DNA of 64,000 nucleotides from Lama glama (Eukaryota). Made by a program: the position numbers and the translations under genes. Each line of letters starts with the position of its first letter. The stretch's first letter is position 1. Shown here in pieces: positions 37,761 through 52,296 of this stretch. A model generated the notes under the pieces. That model saw nothing but the letters and a program-made list of their open reading frames with translations, had not been told where the DNA came from and did no database searches. The DNA lies in assembly GCA_028534125.1 (NCBI GenBank), contig CM052817.1:65350001-65414000 (forward strand), in the 5' to 3' direction.

Positions 37761-40700
37761 CATGTGGCCTCCTGCTCACCATTAGTCATGCTGCTCTCAT
37801 ACTCCAGTGATGGATGCATTTCAGAGGTAAGGGTGAAACAGGGCCATGCTGTAGCTATGCCCTATGCAAAGGAAATATGCTTTGTTAGCCTGCCAGGTAT
37901 GATCAGGCTGAGGGCATGTGGCCTCAGGGACCAGCCAGATACAGGATCCTACGGAATTTGGGCCAATGCTGTCATTCACCAAGAGATCAACTTCACTCCT
38001 TCTATTTCAGGCAGGTGTTAATAGTAGATGAGTGCACAAAATATTTTACAAAGGACACGAGGCAAGGCTACCAACAAAGATTTACGAAGTTACTATACTC
38101 CTCGAAGGACTCAGCATAGTATAATTCATGTTCAATTTTTTGCCAACTATATGGATCAATAATAATTTTATTTAAAATGATGTTGAGTCAAGGTTTTCAT
38201 CCCTTGATTTAACCTAAGAGATAAATTACATAAAAATATTGCTTATATAAACAACTGCTTTTCATTAATCTTATGTTTTTTACTTTATTTTTTTTACATA
38301 AAAAAGAAAAAAAATCCTCATCTTTTTACTGTGTGAATAAATCTGCCACATGCAGGACATGAAGTGATATTACTGATGGAGCATTTCTGGCTTGCTCGAG
38401 ATGGAGAAATAAGTGTTAAATTTTTCCTCTGCTCTTGATTTAAACACAAGTGAGACCTCAAAAGGTCTTGAACATGATTAGTGTCTTTTTTTTTTTAAGT
38501 GTGAATTGATGCAGCTTCAGAGGGAAGCCTGAAGCAAATCCTGATGGACAGAGGGTTTGAATCTCACTCCCATTTGGTAATGGTCATGGCCAGGACTGTT
38601 CTGGATACATTGGAGATTAACTCAGCTTCACCAAAGTCTCATGTTCTCATAAATAGAGAAATCCTCTAGCAAAGAGCTTATAATTTTTTATGTGAAATAA
38701 TATTATCCTTTTGGGACAATATTCCTGCTAGAGTCCCTGGATAATTTTTCTCCTTTTTTTATGTGACTATAATTGTTTTGATCACTGTATACATCTAGAT
38801 TGAGGAAACTGTTTTAAGAAGATGTCTTAGGAAACACTGAAGAATAATATGTCCAATATTCTTTGCTTTAAATACTTGACAGCGTAGTTTTACCAATCCC
38901 CAAATTTCCCTCACTCCACTTGAACAGTTTTCTTCAATAACAGCCTCTCAGACTTTTCTATTTTATATCCACACTTAAGCACAGTTTTATCCACATGGCT
39001 CACATTTCCCTATGTGGCTTTAATAATTTGAAGAAGGCCTCTTGGGGAGCACCTCAAATTCATCTGGTCCTTAGTTTTAGGCTGCCTCTGCTCACCAACT
39101 AGTCTTTCTGGTCTCTTGGAAAGAGCCCAGATATAATGTGGGGGTCACTGAAGAGCCTATGCATAAATAAAAAAAAATGCTAGCCCCAGTTAATTGAACA
39201 ATTTAACTTTCATTCAGCCAGCACTTCATCTATGTTGGTGTCTCCCAATTGTCTGTATCTATAAAGCCCAGGTCCACTTGCTGGAGAGATGACGGGAGGG
39301 CAGGCAGTGTTTGTAAACAGCTAAACGACTGCTGGACAGTCTTGATGGATATGCTGTCAGTCTGCTTCGCTATTTTCCCCTAGTTCTGATTGTGGTTCTG
39401 AATTCTTTGAAGACTAAAAGGAAATTTCTGTATTTAACAATTGAACCAACAGCTTGACTAGGGGAAAAGTACTGCTGAAATCTGTCAATGAATGTTGTGA
39501 ACATATGTTGCATTTATAGACAGGGAGAAAACTAAACCTAGCAAGTCCTTGGAAAGATGTGCAAGCTGGCTGACAGGTGTGACATCTCAGAACAACAAGT
39601 TAAAGCAACACTGAGTAGTGAGTTTTGTCCAGTGAGACTTGATTGGCCACAGATGACAATTCCAGCTCCCTGAGCTGTTTCTCCAGTGTCTATGATTAAT
39701 ATCAAATGTCAAGTGAGGCTCACTTCCAACAATAAGGTTTAGACATTCTCAGTTAAAGCAACATAGGATTTTTGTTTCCCATAACCCAATGAAGCTATCC
39801 AGGCACTTCCTGGAGGATTATCCCCAGGATGGACTACATAAAAAGAGAGCTACAAGGGCTTGCTTCCTTAAGCAAAACTTCAAGCAGTGCATAACAGAAG
39901 CTGACACTTATTACTTGCATGAGGAATGGTAGGACAAGTCTTTTTTTTTTTTTTTTTTTAGCCGAAGTGTTAGGTAGGCTAAGAAAAAAGATTCTGAGAT
40001 AGACTCAAATGAAACCCGGATGATACACAACCATGGATCAAATGATTTCAATCACTACCAAAGTTTGGTTACATATTGTCAGAATGAATGAAAAAGAGGG
40101 GATTCTTTGGCTTTTTACTTATTGATGTATATATTCTGCAGTATAATTGACTATAAATATGTGTGTGTATACACATGTATCCATTTTCTTGTTTTTGATG
40201 CCTATAATAGCCAAGGGTCTTAGCATCAGAAACAAGAAAATGTATATACTTATTTTGCAAAAAAGTTTTATAAGCAATATTTAAAATCAGGAGTATTAAT
40301 TTAACATGGTTTGTACATGAGACATAGATAGTTTTCCATCTTTTGTCTCCAGAAAAGGGTTATTTGTAAGCCCTAAATTGCAAGTGTGTTCCTGCTTCAG
40401 ATGATCACACTTCTGGGGAGAGGTCATAAGTTGGTAACAAAATAGTCTTTATCATTTAATACTTAATTCCTTAGGTTAGTGTTTCAGAAGAAATCAAGAA
40501 AGTTTGACTTCAACATTCATTTTCTTTGTTGTCCTCCACATCCAACTTATCACTTCTATCTCTACACCTCTCTCATTATGTATTTATTCATCAATAATTC
40601 CACAAGGATTTGAAGTTGCATAAAAACAAGAGTGTGAATAATGAAATAATAATATAGAAATACAAAATCAAGATTGAATAAATCCCTATTATACATTAAG

Positions 40701-40974
40701 GGAAAATGGGTCTTAGGCAATGGTTTAATATGCATATATGGCTAAGAATCTGAATTTGAGACTGCCTGGTAGAAGGATCTGTACTGCCATTGCTTTAGTC
40801 AGACCAAATCTTTATGTACTGTCAAAGAAATGCCAGTTACATGGGATCCTTTGTGGTTGGAGGACAAGTCAATAAATGGTAAATGCTATATGCCTATAAG
40901 TGAGTGTGAGGGCTAGGCTGGTTTGAAACTAAGTTTACATGACACCAACATAAGCAATTAAAAAGTGAAAGGAA

Positions 40975-41925
40975 AGGAAAAGTTTCAAGATGATGGTATA
41001 GGAAGATTCTGAACTCACCTCTTCCAATAGACACAATAAATCTACAATTATATATGGGATAATTCCCTTGGAAAGGGACCTGAAAACTGGAGGAACATAG
41101 CCTCCACAACAAATGGTAAAAGTACAGCATTGAGATGAGTAGGGGAGGGACTGTAAATTAGTATAGCCACTATGGAAAATAGTATGGAGATTCCTCAAAA
41201 AATTAAGAATAGAACTACCGTGTGATCCAACAATCCTACTTCTAGGTATTTATCCAAAGGAAATAAAATCAATAGCTTGAAAGATACCTGACCTCCCATA
41301 TTCATTTCAGCATTATTCACAATAGCCAAGCCATGGAAACAACTTAAGTGTTGGGGATGAATGAATAAAGAAAATGGGACACACACACACATAATGAAAT
41401 ATTATTCAGCCTTAAAAGAGAAGAAAATCCCGTCTCCTGTCATTTGCAACAACATGGATGTAACTAGAGGGTATTATGCTAAGTGAAATAAGCCAGACAG
41501 AAAAATACTGCATGGTGTCACTTGTATGTGGACCCTTGGGTAAAAAAAAGTTGAATTTCTAAAAACAGAGAATAGAATGGTAGTTGCCAGAAACTGGAGG
41601 GTAGGGGGAATGGGGAGAGGTTGGTAAAAGGGCACCAAATGTTAGCTGTAAGATTAATAAGGTCTGAGGATCTAATGTATAACTTGACTATGATTGTAGT
41701 GAATAATACTGTATTGCATAGTTAAAATGTGCTAAGAGAGTACAAATTATTTAAAAAGTGAATATAGGAGGTGATGGATTGTTAGTTAATCAATGGAGGG
41801 GATACTTTCACAGTGTATATGTATATGTGTGTGTATATATGTATATATGTATATGTAAATCATGTAGTACGTTACCTTAAACATATTACATTTTTGTCAG
41901 TTATACCTCAGTAAAATCCTGGGAG
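40975..41925 (+). mobile_element. Older L1 (L1MA9/10-like 3'UTR): 5'UTR start fused to the ORF2 C-terminal region
   Basis: 'caagatgatggtataggaagattctgaactcacctcttcc' resembles an L1 5' terminus; from ~41147 'gggactgtaaattagtatagccactatggaaaatagtatggagattcctc' is the ORF2 end; 3'UTR 'aaggtctgaggatctaatgtataac...aataatactgtattg'. Confidence 0.75.
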
Positions 41926-42567
41926 GATTAAATATTAAGTATCCAAAAAGTATTTTGAACTACAAGTATTGAGCACCTAGAAATCAACAAATGTTAGCAA
42001 AATTACTATAATAGAAAAAAAGAAAGAGGATTGTAACCTTTAAGTGTCTTTCGTTACTGTAGGGAAGGGCCTTTTTATTATTCATATTTTTCATAATATT
42101 CAAGTCTTTTCTATCATAATTACTTTTCAAGTAAGGGGCATTATTTAGAACATCTGTTTTGGTCATTTTTTATATTTGTTAAAGCTTTATAGTTTTCTTC
42201 TTATGCATTTGCACACGTCCTCTTATTTTTATGTAGCTATTTTATACATTTTGTTGCTATTATTACTGAGATTCATTTTTTGTAATTGGGTGTTCTTGGT
42301 ACAAGGGAAAGCTTTGTCTTTTTGAAATATTCATTTAGCTTGTTAATAAACCCTGTTAGTTCTGATTACTTCTAGCTGATCCATATCCTTTTGAAGATTT
42401 CTTCTAGCATGTGACAGTGCATGGCTGTCTCAAGTTCTGATTCAGGCCACAAGATAAGGCTCAAGTGTTTGCTCCCCACGATCTCCTTCCCTTGTTCAAA
42501 GGGCACCTGTGGCAGAACGGAAGGAGCCCCGAAGGCACACCAAGAACAATGGGCTGAACGCTGCGCT

Positions 42568-43010
42568 GTGTCCTAGATTAGCTAGGACTGGGTTCAGCTC
42601 CACATATCGAAAAAACACAAAAATAAGAGTGGTTTAAACACACGAGACTTTATTCTTGCTATGAAAGAAATCTGAAGGTGGAAGTCAAGGGCCAGTAGGG
42701 TGATGGTTTATGAAATTGTGACATCTCTCTGACAAGACTCTTGTCCTTATGTGCCAAGAAAATGTTGAGCACCAGAAGTTATGTCTGAGTCCAGGCCAGC
42801 AGCGGAAAGGCGAAGAAGCCTATGGTGTTCTCTCCTTTCCGGCCACTTCTTTAGAATCATCGGAATCCATAGGGTCAACCTACCCGTATGGCCATGGCTA
42901 GTCGGAAGAGAATCTGGGGAAAGTGGTTGTTGCTAAAGTAGCTGTTAATGAGCACTGATGTCGAGGTGTCTGTTACTTAAGAAAAACGGGTAGAGAGGGA
43001 TTTAGCTCTC
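42568..43010. mobile_element. MaLR solo LTR (MLT1J/K-like)
   Basis: 'ctaggactgggttcagct...aaaataagagtggtttaaacac...gaaatctgaaggtggaagtcaaggg'. Confidence 0.6.
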
Positions 43011-43199
43011 TGTTGAGTCACTAAATTCAAGTGTGAATTTATGCCAATTCAATTTTTTCCCATAAAGAAAAAAAACATTTTTTCCCCCGGTGACACAATA
43101 ATGTACTTCCACTGGAAACAATTCACATAAACTAGGTATGTGACCATTTCCCTTCCTTCTTCCGTGTGGCTAACTTTCTACCTCTCAGAGTGACTAGTT

Positions 43200-43505
43200 G
43201 CCTTATCTCCTTCAGGGTTTTTTGCTCAAATGTCTTTTCCCAGGGAAGCCTCCTGCTCTCCACTCCATTTATAATTGCACTTATCACCCTCCTTTTTTAA
43301 TATTTTATTTTAATTTTCTCCATAGAACTCATCACCTTTTAAAATGTTACATAAATTTAGTGATTCTTCTATTTTTCTCTTTCTTCCCAACACAATGAAA
43401 ATTTCATGAAAGTAGGGATTTTTGTCTTGTCCAATGTTTATCCAGTGCATAGAGTAGTGCTCAGCCCATAGGAAGTACTCAATAAATCCTCATTGAATGA
43501 ATAAA
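43200..43505 (+). mobile_element. L2 3' fragment
   Basis: 'ttgctcaaatgtc...catagagtagtgctcagcccataggaagtactcaataaatcctcattgaatgaat'. Confidence 0.75.
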
Positions 43506-45219
43506 TTCACAGCACCTTATAACAGCCAAACACATCATTAGGTGTGAAGACTGAATGAGATAACATGGATGACAGCACTTAGCACAGGGACAGATGGCTG
43601 AGGCTCAAAAGAGGATGTGGAAGCTGCTGTCATGTCTAAATAAACTTTCCATGCTTCTACCAGAGCACTTACCTCCATATCTTTAAAATCGTATTCGTGT
43701 GTTTCTTTTGCCCGTGAGCCCCACGGACTCTCTGAAGGTTTTAACTACTGTTACTTGTTTTTGCATCGCTGACATTGGCAGTAGCCTAGTATACAGTAGG
43801 CTCTCTCTATGTCTGAATTGACATGAATCATTTGTGGCTATTCCTGAATCTGTAGACATCGCCATACTTTCTGATTTCAAATGCTTTCCCCTGCTCTCTG
43901 TACTGAAATATTTATGAAGCTATTTGCTACTCAGAGGAAATCAAGTTTTAACACAGCTGAGGCTATCTTCTCTCTCTAGTCAATGGTTTTGTTGAAAGCT
44001 CATTTTAATAAATGCACTAGAGAGGCATTTTTGAATAGGAAAGAGTCATTCAGCTTTGGGAAACGTCCAGGTGGAATACGTATTAGATGCTTTTGTTATT
44101 TCTGCCACTTTGGTTAATGAAGCTGTCCCCTTTATAATATAATTAGAGCAAGAACAATTCTCTCACCAAATATCAAGTGACGCACATAGGATCTTGTTAT
44201 TAGATCGTTCCCTCTGAAGAGTCACAGGAAACCATTCAAACACAGGACTTGACATACCAGGGTAAATACAGCCAATTAAGAAAATGGTAAGTAATATCAT
44301 GAGAGAAATTCTAATTCTTACTAAAGACTTTCAGTGTCCCTTTTCTATCAAATCACCTTTTATTTTTTAAGAACCAGAGGAAGCTATTCCATAAACATGT
44401 TTTTGTTTCCCTGGGCGGGGCAATTTTATTTGTCTTTCTAAATACAAAGTCAGAATTCAAGGAGAGAAAAAGTCTGCTCATAGTGATCTCCTGGAGGCTG
44501 AAGACAAAATTAGTTTTTTAAATTCAGTAGTCTAATCACTGAGAGTGCAAGAGAAGTTAACAAAAAAGCATGAAGTTCCCCAGAGAAACAATTCAGCTCC
44601 TCTTCATGGTCTGTTAGGCTGGATACTTTTCTGTCAGACAGGACTTTCTTCTATCTCGCAGAAATTGGTGTTATACATAAAGTGGCAACTCCACAGCGCT
44701 GACTTCCTTTATACTTTGATTGCCTGACTTTTCCTTCTATCCATCCAACCCATCCCCCCATATGCTCCTGTACACATTTTCCAGGACAAGTATTGCTTTT
44801 CTCCAGGGTTTAATAAACATATACATCTTTCTTAGCCAAAAATGTCGACATACAGTCAAGAAAATGGACTCTACAGAGTTGAAACATCTTGGGCTTTAAC
44901 TGAGACACATTAATTTCATCCACCAGCCTGAGTGGCTTGAGCTCTGTATCGATCATTTATAGCTACTGTAGTTGAAGCATGATAGTTTTTTTTTTTAAGC
45001 CATGCAACACATATTTTGGGGTTTGGCAGAAATGCACGCTAAATCTTTACACATCAAATTATTCAAGCAGTATGAATACATAGTTTAAGTCATATTTGCA
45101 TTTGTGAAATTTTAGGGTTTTAAGACTTTGATAGAGGATTTCACGCTGTTAATAAGGAAGAGACAGACATTGTAATGCCTTCCTCTTCTTATGTTAGAAG
45201 AGACCGGGGAGTAGTGAGC

Positions 45220-45440
45220 TTAGCTGGGAAAGCCTGAGCTTTAGCACCTGAGAGAACCAGGTTCACATCTCCGTCCTGTCTGTTACTAGCTCTGTGGCTT
45301 TTGGCAACCTCAATATTCCTGAATCTTATAAAATGAAGCCACTAACACCCATTTTGTAGGGTGAATGTAAGAGAAAAAAGTGGCATTTACATTGCTTGTT
45401 TCTTATATGTAGCAGGAGCTAAATAAATGGTAGCTGTTTA
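45220..45440 (+). mobile_element. MIR
   Basis: 'agaaccaggttcacatctc...ttactagctctgtggcttttggcaacctca...aataaatggtagctg'. Confidence 0.6.
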
Positions 45441-48400
45441 TTGACCACATTGTTTCATCAAATTTTAATATTTTATTTGGGGAATTCTCTGTAATGGATG
45501 CTGTTTTAGTTTGCTAAAACAGAAAGTATATTGTAATTTATAGAAGGCTTTTTAGAGAAAAAATTTTAGAGCCATTTCAGTTGTTCTAAAATCATTGTTA
45601 TTAGTAATATGTATCCTAGTCACCAAATAAATGCTATTTAACTTATACGTTATGATTTTGTGTTCTGTATCTGTAGATCAGCATGGCAGTTCTTTCCAGG
45701 GCCATTCAGAGTGACTGTCACACATGGTAAAGCCATTTGTGCATATTTTGTAGTGACCTTGAATTATTAGTTTGGGGAAGGGGTGAGATGAGAGAGAAGA
45801 TGTGCTTGGGAATCACTGAGACACAGAGTGTGGATAACTTAGGATGCCTGAAGGACAGAATGACTTAATTGTTTTAAAGTTTGACATGTAGGATGTAGAG
45901 GGACATTTATCAAAACAAGAACCAATGTGAGGTTCATTGCACAAAGGAGGAAAATGGCAGGGGTGGGGGTGGCACAAACATGCTGGTTTTTCTTAGACTT
46001 CATTTAGTCGGGCTGGAGGAGGGCAAACAGACTGAAAACCCCGTCTGCTTACTGACAGACTAGCTGAGAGAAATTCCATGAAAATGAGAAAAGACACTTG
46101 GGGTTATAACAGTTCTGCTATATTTGAAGGGAAAACTTGAGAGCACAAGGCTGACAAAGAATGACCTTTAATTAAGCCTGGACTGTTTGTGTGAATATGT
46201 GTATGTTATTCTTCCCCTGAGGCATTCCTCTTTAAAGGCATGACAGTCCATCTGAGTTATTTTTATTATTGGATTTTGTGTAATTTCTCCCACTTACTTC
46301 AGCAATGGTGTTATTGATGCATGGCACTGGTTTCTAAAAGTCCTTTCTGGCTTATATCATGACCTCGCTGGCATTTAATTTAAACACAAGAAGTCAGAAG
46401 AGAACTCCTGTATTATAGGCAAACTGTCTGCAAAGTCTAGGGTGCTTAGTATTGGGCACAATGGCTAAATACTTTGAATTTTCTGGTATGAAACTATCAA
46501 GTGTGTCCAATATTTTTGTTGAAACTGTGTGGCAAAACTCAAGCCTCACATTTGGCTTTGTTTAGTTGCAAGTGTTTTAACAGAAGCCAAGAGGAGCAAG
46601 ACAAGCTGGGGGCCACCACAGCAGAAGGTTCCTGTGTTGGACAGGCTCCCTCTTGTGAACCAGAGTTCTGCTGGGGCCTTATGGGTGTGCAGGGGTGGCT
46701 CTGACCCACTAACGCGGTGTGTGTGATGGGTCAGAGGCAGAAAAAGTGAACAGTCACATCCTGGAAGACATGCAAAGGCCCCTTTGAGAGCATTCTTAGG
46801 AAATGGGGGGTGGAGGGGATAGGGAAAGGTCAGCGAGGCTGAGGGAGTCGACCAGCTGAACTGATCCGGAAGGATTCTGGAGACAAAGCGCTAATCCCTT
46901 AGGTGGCCCTTATGCTTTCAGCACACTGGCAAGGAAAAATTATCCTTTTTGAAAGAGCTGGGAGGGGTGATCAGAATTACTTAGTGAAGCCCAGCTCTGG
47001 CTCTGGATATGTCACCGCAAACTCACTATATGCCCTGGGACTTGTAATTTATCTCCAAAAGGAGAGTCCAGTTGAGTGGTCATGGAAGACCTCAGGCATT
47101 TTGGTGGTTGTTAATGTTAATTCTAATTAATGGATGACACAGAACTAGTACGACTTGAAAGAAAAATTAGGAACTTGGGTGGAAAGTTGTCAATGGAAAA
47201 ATTTGCACATGTGATCCTCAGATGTTCAGATTTAGAATGTGAAGGAAATCGCCAGACAGAGGCATTCCCTCTTCACTCTGAAGTCCTACTTGTTTAGAAG
47301 CTCCTTTGACTGAATGTACACACCTTGACTTTCTATCTTCCCAATTTCACCATTCACTTGTGAAAATTCAGTTTAGGGAAGGTCAGAAGTTGTACTTATA
47401 AAGCAAGGGAGATAAGAAGTAGGTGAATATTTCTTCTTAAAAGTGTGGATCATGAAGAGGATGGAATTCTTTGCTTTTGAAAGCTGCAAGCCTGCTCTCT
47501 TGGCAGTAGAGCTTCTCAAGTCTAGTCCAGGAAATATGTGAGGTCCTCCAGATAGGAAGTTGCACTGAGCCAGTGAACTCTGGATTCTTTGTAATTAGTT
47601 TGCTATTTGTAGAAAGATAAATACTAGCATAAAGAAAAAAAAAAACAACCCTGGACATTTCGTACTTACTGAGCAGACTTTTCTGTTGGGGGAAATATGG
47701 CTGTAGGAGCATTTATTGCTGTAGGTAATATACCTTGTTTCCCAGCTTTGATTTATAGAGAAAATGCAGTGTAATTTCCTGCTAAGCAAGGAGTTTTCTT
47801 CTTGCCTATTCAATTTTTCATCTTTATTTTCACAAGTAATTTTAATATTTAGAACATTTTTCCTTAGGTCTTTTTTCATCTGTATGAAATTATTAAATTC
47901 TAATTAAAAATAAATCAAGGAGTTAAATCCAGATTCTAAGCATGGTTTATTACTGTTTTCACCTCTGAAGAGCCATCTTGCCTTAGGTAATTACTTCATT
48001 GATTGTGGCCTCAAGATGGTTTTTTGGTTTTTTTTTTTCAATTCCGGATTCACTGTTTGCTAATGAAAAATGCGATCAAACAGCTAGTTGGTTGTTCTGC
48101 AAAATTGCAAAACTAGTAGAACACTTACTCCTAATTCACTGAATATAGACAAGACCATGTGGTCATTTCTTCATTGTGTCCATTATTAAGATTCAGACTA
48201 TTAAAAGGCAAACGACACCTATTGACTACACTGTGTATATGTGTGGTAGGCGAAAGCGGAGAATAGGAATAGAATTAAATGATTTGAACCTTTAAAAGCA
48301 GTTTTGCCCTTTATTGAACAAAATATTTTTCCCTGTTTAAGATCTGCCTTTAGAATCTTGGGGGGAACAAAAGAGGCTCCTCTTATTCTTGATATTCATC

Positions 48401-49259
48401 ATTGCTTCAAAAAACTCAGTCATTCTCCTTTGCAGGAATTACAGGGATTCTTTTTCTAGGTGAATTATAATAAAAAAAAGACAATCTGGATTTTAAGTAC
48501 TTAATCCAGTACGGTAAATTATTTGTTAAAATTTAGTTATTCATTGATTCTTCATTCATTCAACAAGTTATGAACTCTGAGCTCACCTAGTCCTTAAAGC
48601 ACCAAGTAATTCCATATAATTCTTATAACTGGGATCATTGATTATTCCTCTGGATGGCTCACCGTAAGTGCTTTACAGGATTGCAAAAAGGCTTCAGGTT
48701 TTTGTTTACTTTGATTCAAGTTGGAAGGTTAGAGTAATATGATGCATATTAACCTTCATCCCACCCTAGGTCTTCATTGCTTTGGAAATGCATGAGCCAG
48801 GGCTTAAATGTTTTTAAGCCCAGAAAAATTTTACAAGTTTGAAAATGATTCAGAGGTTAAGACATAGAGACACTGACACCTAATCATATTTTTATTTTAA
48901 ACAGGATCGGAAGAATCAGGTGATATGAAATCATTCATACTTATCTGAAGGAAGCCTGGTTTCACTCAGTGGCTGAGTGAACACCAGATATGTTGATATG
49001 TTGTGCATAAGGGGTTTGACTAAATAGAACATCCTGAGGCCAAAGCTAAGGTAGCCAAGGGGGATTCCAAATCACAGCAGTGGGGAATAGACAGCTGTAT
49101 GTGCAAATGGGAAAAGGAATAATAACCTTAGGAGTTGGAGTATTTGAATGCACAGTTCAAGGTAGTTAAGGGCAAATGATTCGGAACTAAGATTCAAAGA
49201 TGAAAGCCTGGCAGTTCAAGAACATGTTATAGGACAAAGCGAAAGTCACTTGCAAACCC

Positions 49260-49744
49260 TATATATCAATTTCCCATGGTCGCCATAGCAAATTACTATA
49301 AACCTGAAGGCTTAAAACAACAGAAGTTTATCCTCTCGCAGTTCTGAATTCTGGAAGTGCTCAGTCAGTTTCACCTGGGCTAAACCCAAGGTGTCAGCAG
49401 GGCTGTGCTCCCTTTGGAGGCTCAGAGTGGCTGCTGGTGTTCCTTGGCTTATGGCAACCTCGCTCTAGTCTCTGCCTCTGTGGTCACATTTCCGCCTCCT
49501 CCGTGTGTATAAAATCTCTCTCTGACTCCCTCTTATAAGGGTACATGTGATTATATTTAAGGTCCACTCAAATAGTCCAGAAAAATCTTCTTATCTCAAG
49601 TTCCCTAACTTAATCACATCTGCAAGGACACCTCCCCCTCTTCCTTTTAAAACTACATGAGGTAATATGCACAGGGTCCAGAGATTCAAAGATTAGGACA
49701 TGGATTTCTTTGAAGAGAGGGAGGGCATGTGTTTAGCTTACCAC
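49260..49744. mobile_element. MaLR solo LTR (MLT1C/D-like)
   Basis: 'gcaaattactataaacctgaaggcttaaaacaacagaagtttatcctctcgcagttctg...aaggtgtcagcagggctgtgctccc...cttaatcacatctgcaag'. Confidence 0.85.
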
Positions 49745-50454
49745 ATCCTACAATCCTCAAGTGATGAGAAAAGCCAGATTTGATTGTCTCAGTGCTCTGA
49801 GAGAATGCCATAAAACTTGACCCATGGAAGGTGCTCCAGTTTAATCCCATTCTATCTCCTCTCTGTCTTCCTGGGATGGAACATGGAAGCTGGACAAGCG
49901 ATTACAGCTGTCTGCTGCAACAGCTTGGTTGTCTTTGTGGGAAACATGTTGAATAAAATCTGAGAGCCATGCTGAAGAATCTAAGTTGGAAAGGGTCCTA
50001 TGGAGATGAAAAGAGGGTAGAGAGAGAAAAGGGAGAGATGAATAGAGAAAAGAAGGAAAAAAGGCAGGAAGAAGTAAGACCTATTAGAGGGAAGAGAAAA
50101 TGTAGAAGACACATCAGATTTCAGTCCTTAAACCAGGGTGTTAACCATTTTGATTGAAATGACCTTATTTTTATGATTAAACATTAATTAAATATTATAA
50201 TACTTTATATAAACATTAAATAAATATTACTTATATGGAATTATGTATGTAGACACAACTTGAGTAGAAGAAACCAATCCACCTCTTCTCAGACATTTTT
50301 TCTGAGTTACCATGTAGAATTACTCACTCTCTGTTGTTTGCTCCCAGAGCACATCACACATTCCCTTCGTGCGCTGCATCATGAATATGCATTTCATACT
50401 TTTCTCCCCAGTAGATTATGACCTTTAGGAAAAGAAGCACTCTGTCCATAGAAC

Positions 50455-50700
50455 TAATATTTATTGCTCACTTGTTGTATAGTAGGCATTTTGCAAAGCA
50501 CTTTACATACATTTAATCCTCTAAATAGTCCCATAAGATAAATATTTTTATTCCCATTTTAAAGATGATAAAGCCAAAGCAAGGAAAATTGAGTGTTGTC
50601 AGGGTCACACAGCAAGAAAGAGGGAGAACTGGGGTTTGAAAGTAGCAGTCTGATTCCTAAACCTTCACTCTTAAGTAAACTAGCGCTACCCTGTGCTACC
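50455..50700 (-). mobile_element. MIR
   Basis: 'taatatttattg...aagcactttacatacatttaatcctc...cccattttaaagatga...agggtcacacagc'. Confidence 0.75.
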
Positions 50701-52296
50701 CTGAACCTAACATATAATAAGATATTCAGTTGAATTGTTTCATGGTCAAATTCTTTCAAATTCTAATAAATAAACAGTTTCTCTAAAGTGTAACCTGGCT
50801 TTACTGGAGGGCTTTTTAAAAAATTTATTTTAAAGGAAGGTTGTTGCCTTTCTCTTTAGGTTACATTTTTTGCCAACTCAAGAAAGTGTGAAATGCCTCT
50901 AATTAGATGCATCAAAGAATGTAAACTGTAAGATGTTGTGATAACCTCAAACTTCAAATGGGTTCCATTGATGTTAGAGTAAGAGAGGAGAAGGTAAAAT
51001 AAAGATATTATTTTAAGTTTATTTTCCTAATAGATGTAATTTATTTTGCAGAACTCAAAAAGGGTCTCATAAGGCCAAGATATAAATGCAATCTACAAAG
51101 TAAATAAAAAGAAGTGGACAAAGTAGAGTTTGTGGAAGGACTGAGCCACCATACTTCATTCATTCAATGAATATTTATTGGGTGCCAATCTGTCTAGAGT
51201 TCTCCAAGGAGAAACTCCAAGTGTAAGTTGCTAAATAGTACGTCTAATTACCTTGGCACCATCAGGAAATCTGGGAATGTTACCCCGTAGCTTGAATTTT
51301 GGTAATTTTTGGATAACTTACCTTTTTTTCTTTTTCCTTAGAGAAGCTAATAGTAACTTGAGGCTCATACTATTCCTGCTTTCTGGTGATGCCTACAAGG
51401 GGTAGTCTCATAATGGCTGGTCAATAAATATTTGCTGAATAGGTGAATGAGTGGACCAATCAGTCAGTTGAGAGAATTTGACGATTCCCAGTAAAAAATA
51501 GCAAAAGATCTTAAATCTTACTGGGTTAGAACATTGGTTTCATTCAAAGATTTCAGATACTGTCAAGGAAGTCATCATTTTTCTCTCTCCTATTTCACAT
51601 GGGCCTCTCACATAGGTTTGGGATTTATCCAGCATAAAGATAATGTTCAAAAGTGTACAAACAGATGTGACCACAATGCCTTAACCATAGCACTACAGGT
51701 TACTCTGAACACTAACTCTACTAATTAATACCACCGTCAACACAGCCATTACTGGTCCTTGCTATGCCCCAGGCATTGTTCCTCCTGATATGCAGTTATT
51801 TAGTGCTCACAGTAATGTTGGTACTAGTATCTGATTTTGCAGAATGTCTGTGATTATTGGTAGTATTCATCAAATTGTTACTCGTCTAATTTCCTTTTTT
51901 TCTGATTGTGTGATTTAGGACAGATTATTTTACTATATATGTAGCAATTTTCTGTTTCTGTGGTCTTATCTTTATGTTTTTCATTATTACCCTTACCAAA
52001 AGTCATATGCTTTTTTACTTTGTCACTTAATTTTATGCATAAAATTTATATATATATGTACATATACATTTATCTTGTTTAAACCTCATAGCAACCGTAT
52101 GAGCTAGCTTCTATTATTTCCATTTTACATATGAATAAACTGAGGCTTGACAATGATTATTAACTTGGCCAAAACGGCAGAGCTAATCAGGTGAAGTTAG
52201 AAATAGTGTGTTTCTGATCACAGCAAATAGTAACATTATCTTATCCAGACCAATAAACCTGGAGTCACTCTAGAGCCTTTCCTCTGACAATCTCTG

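Noticed and set aside
48905..48914. GATCGGAAGA resembling an Illumina adapter
   Set aside because: Only a 10-nt match, and it does not continue as adapter sequence
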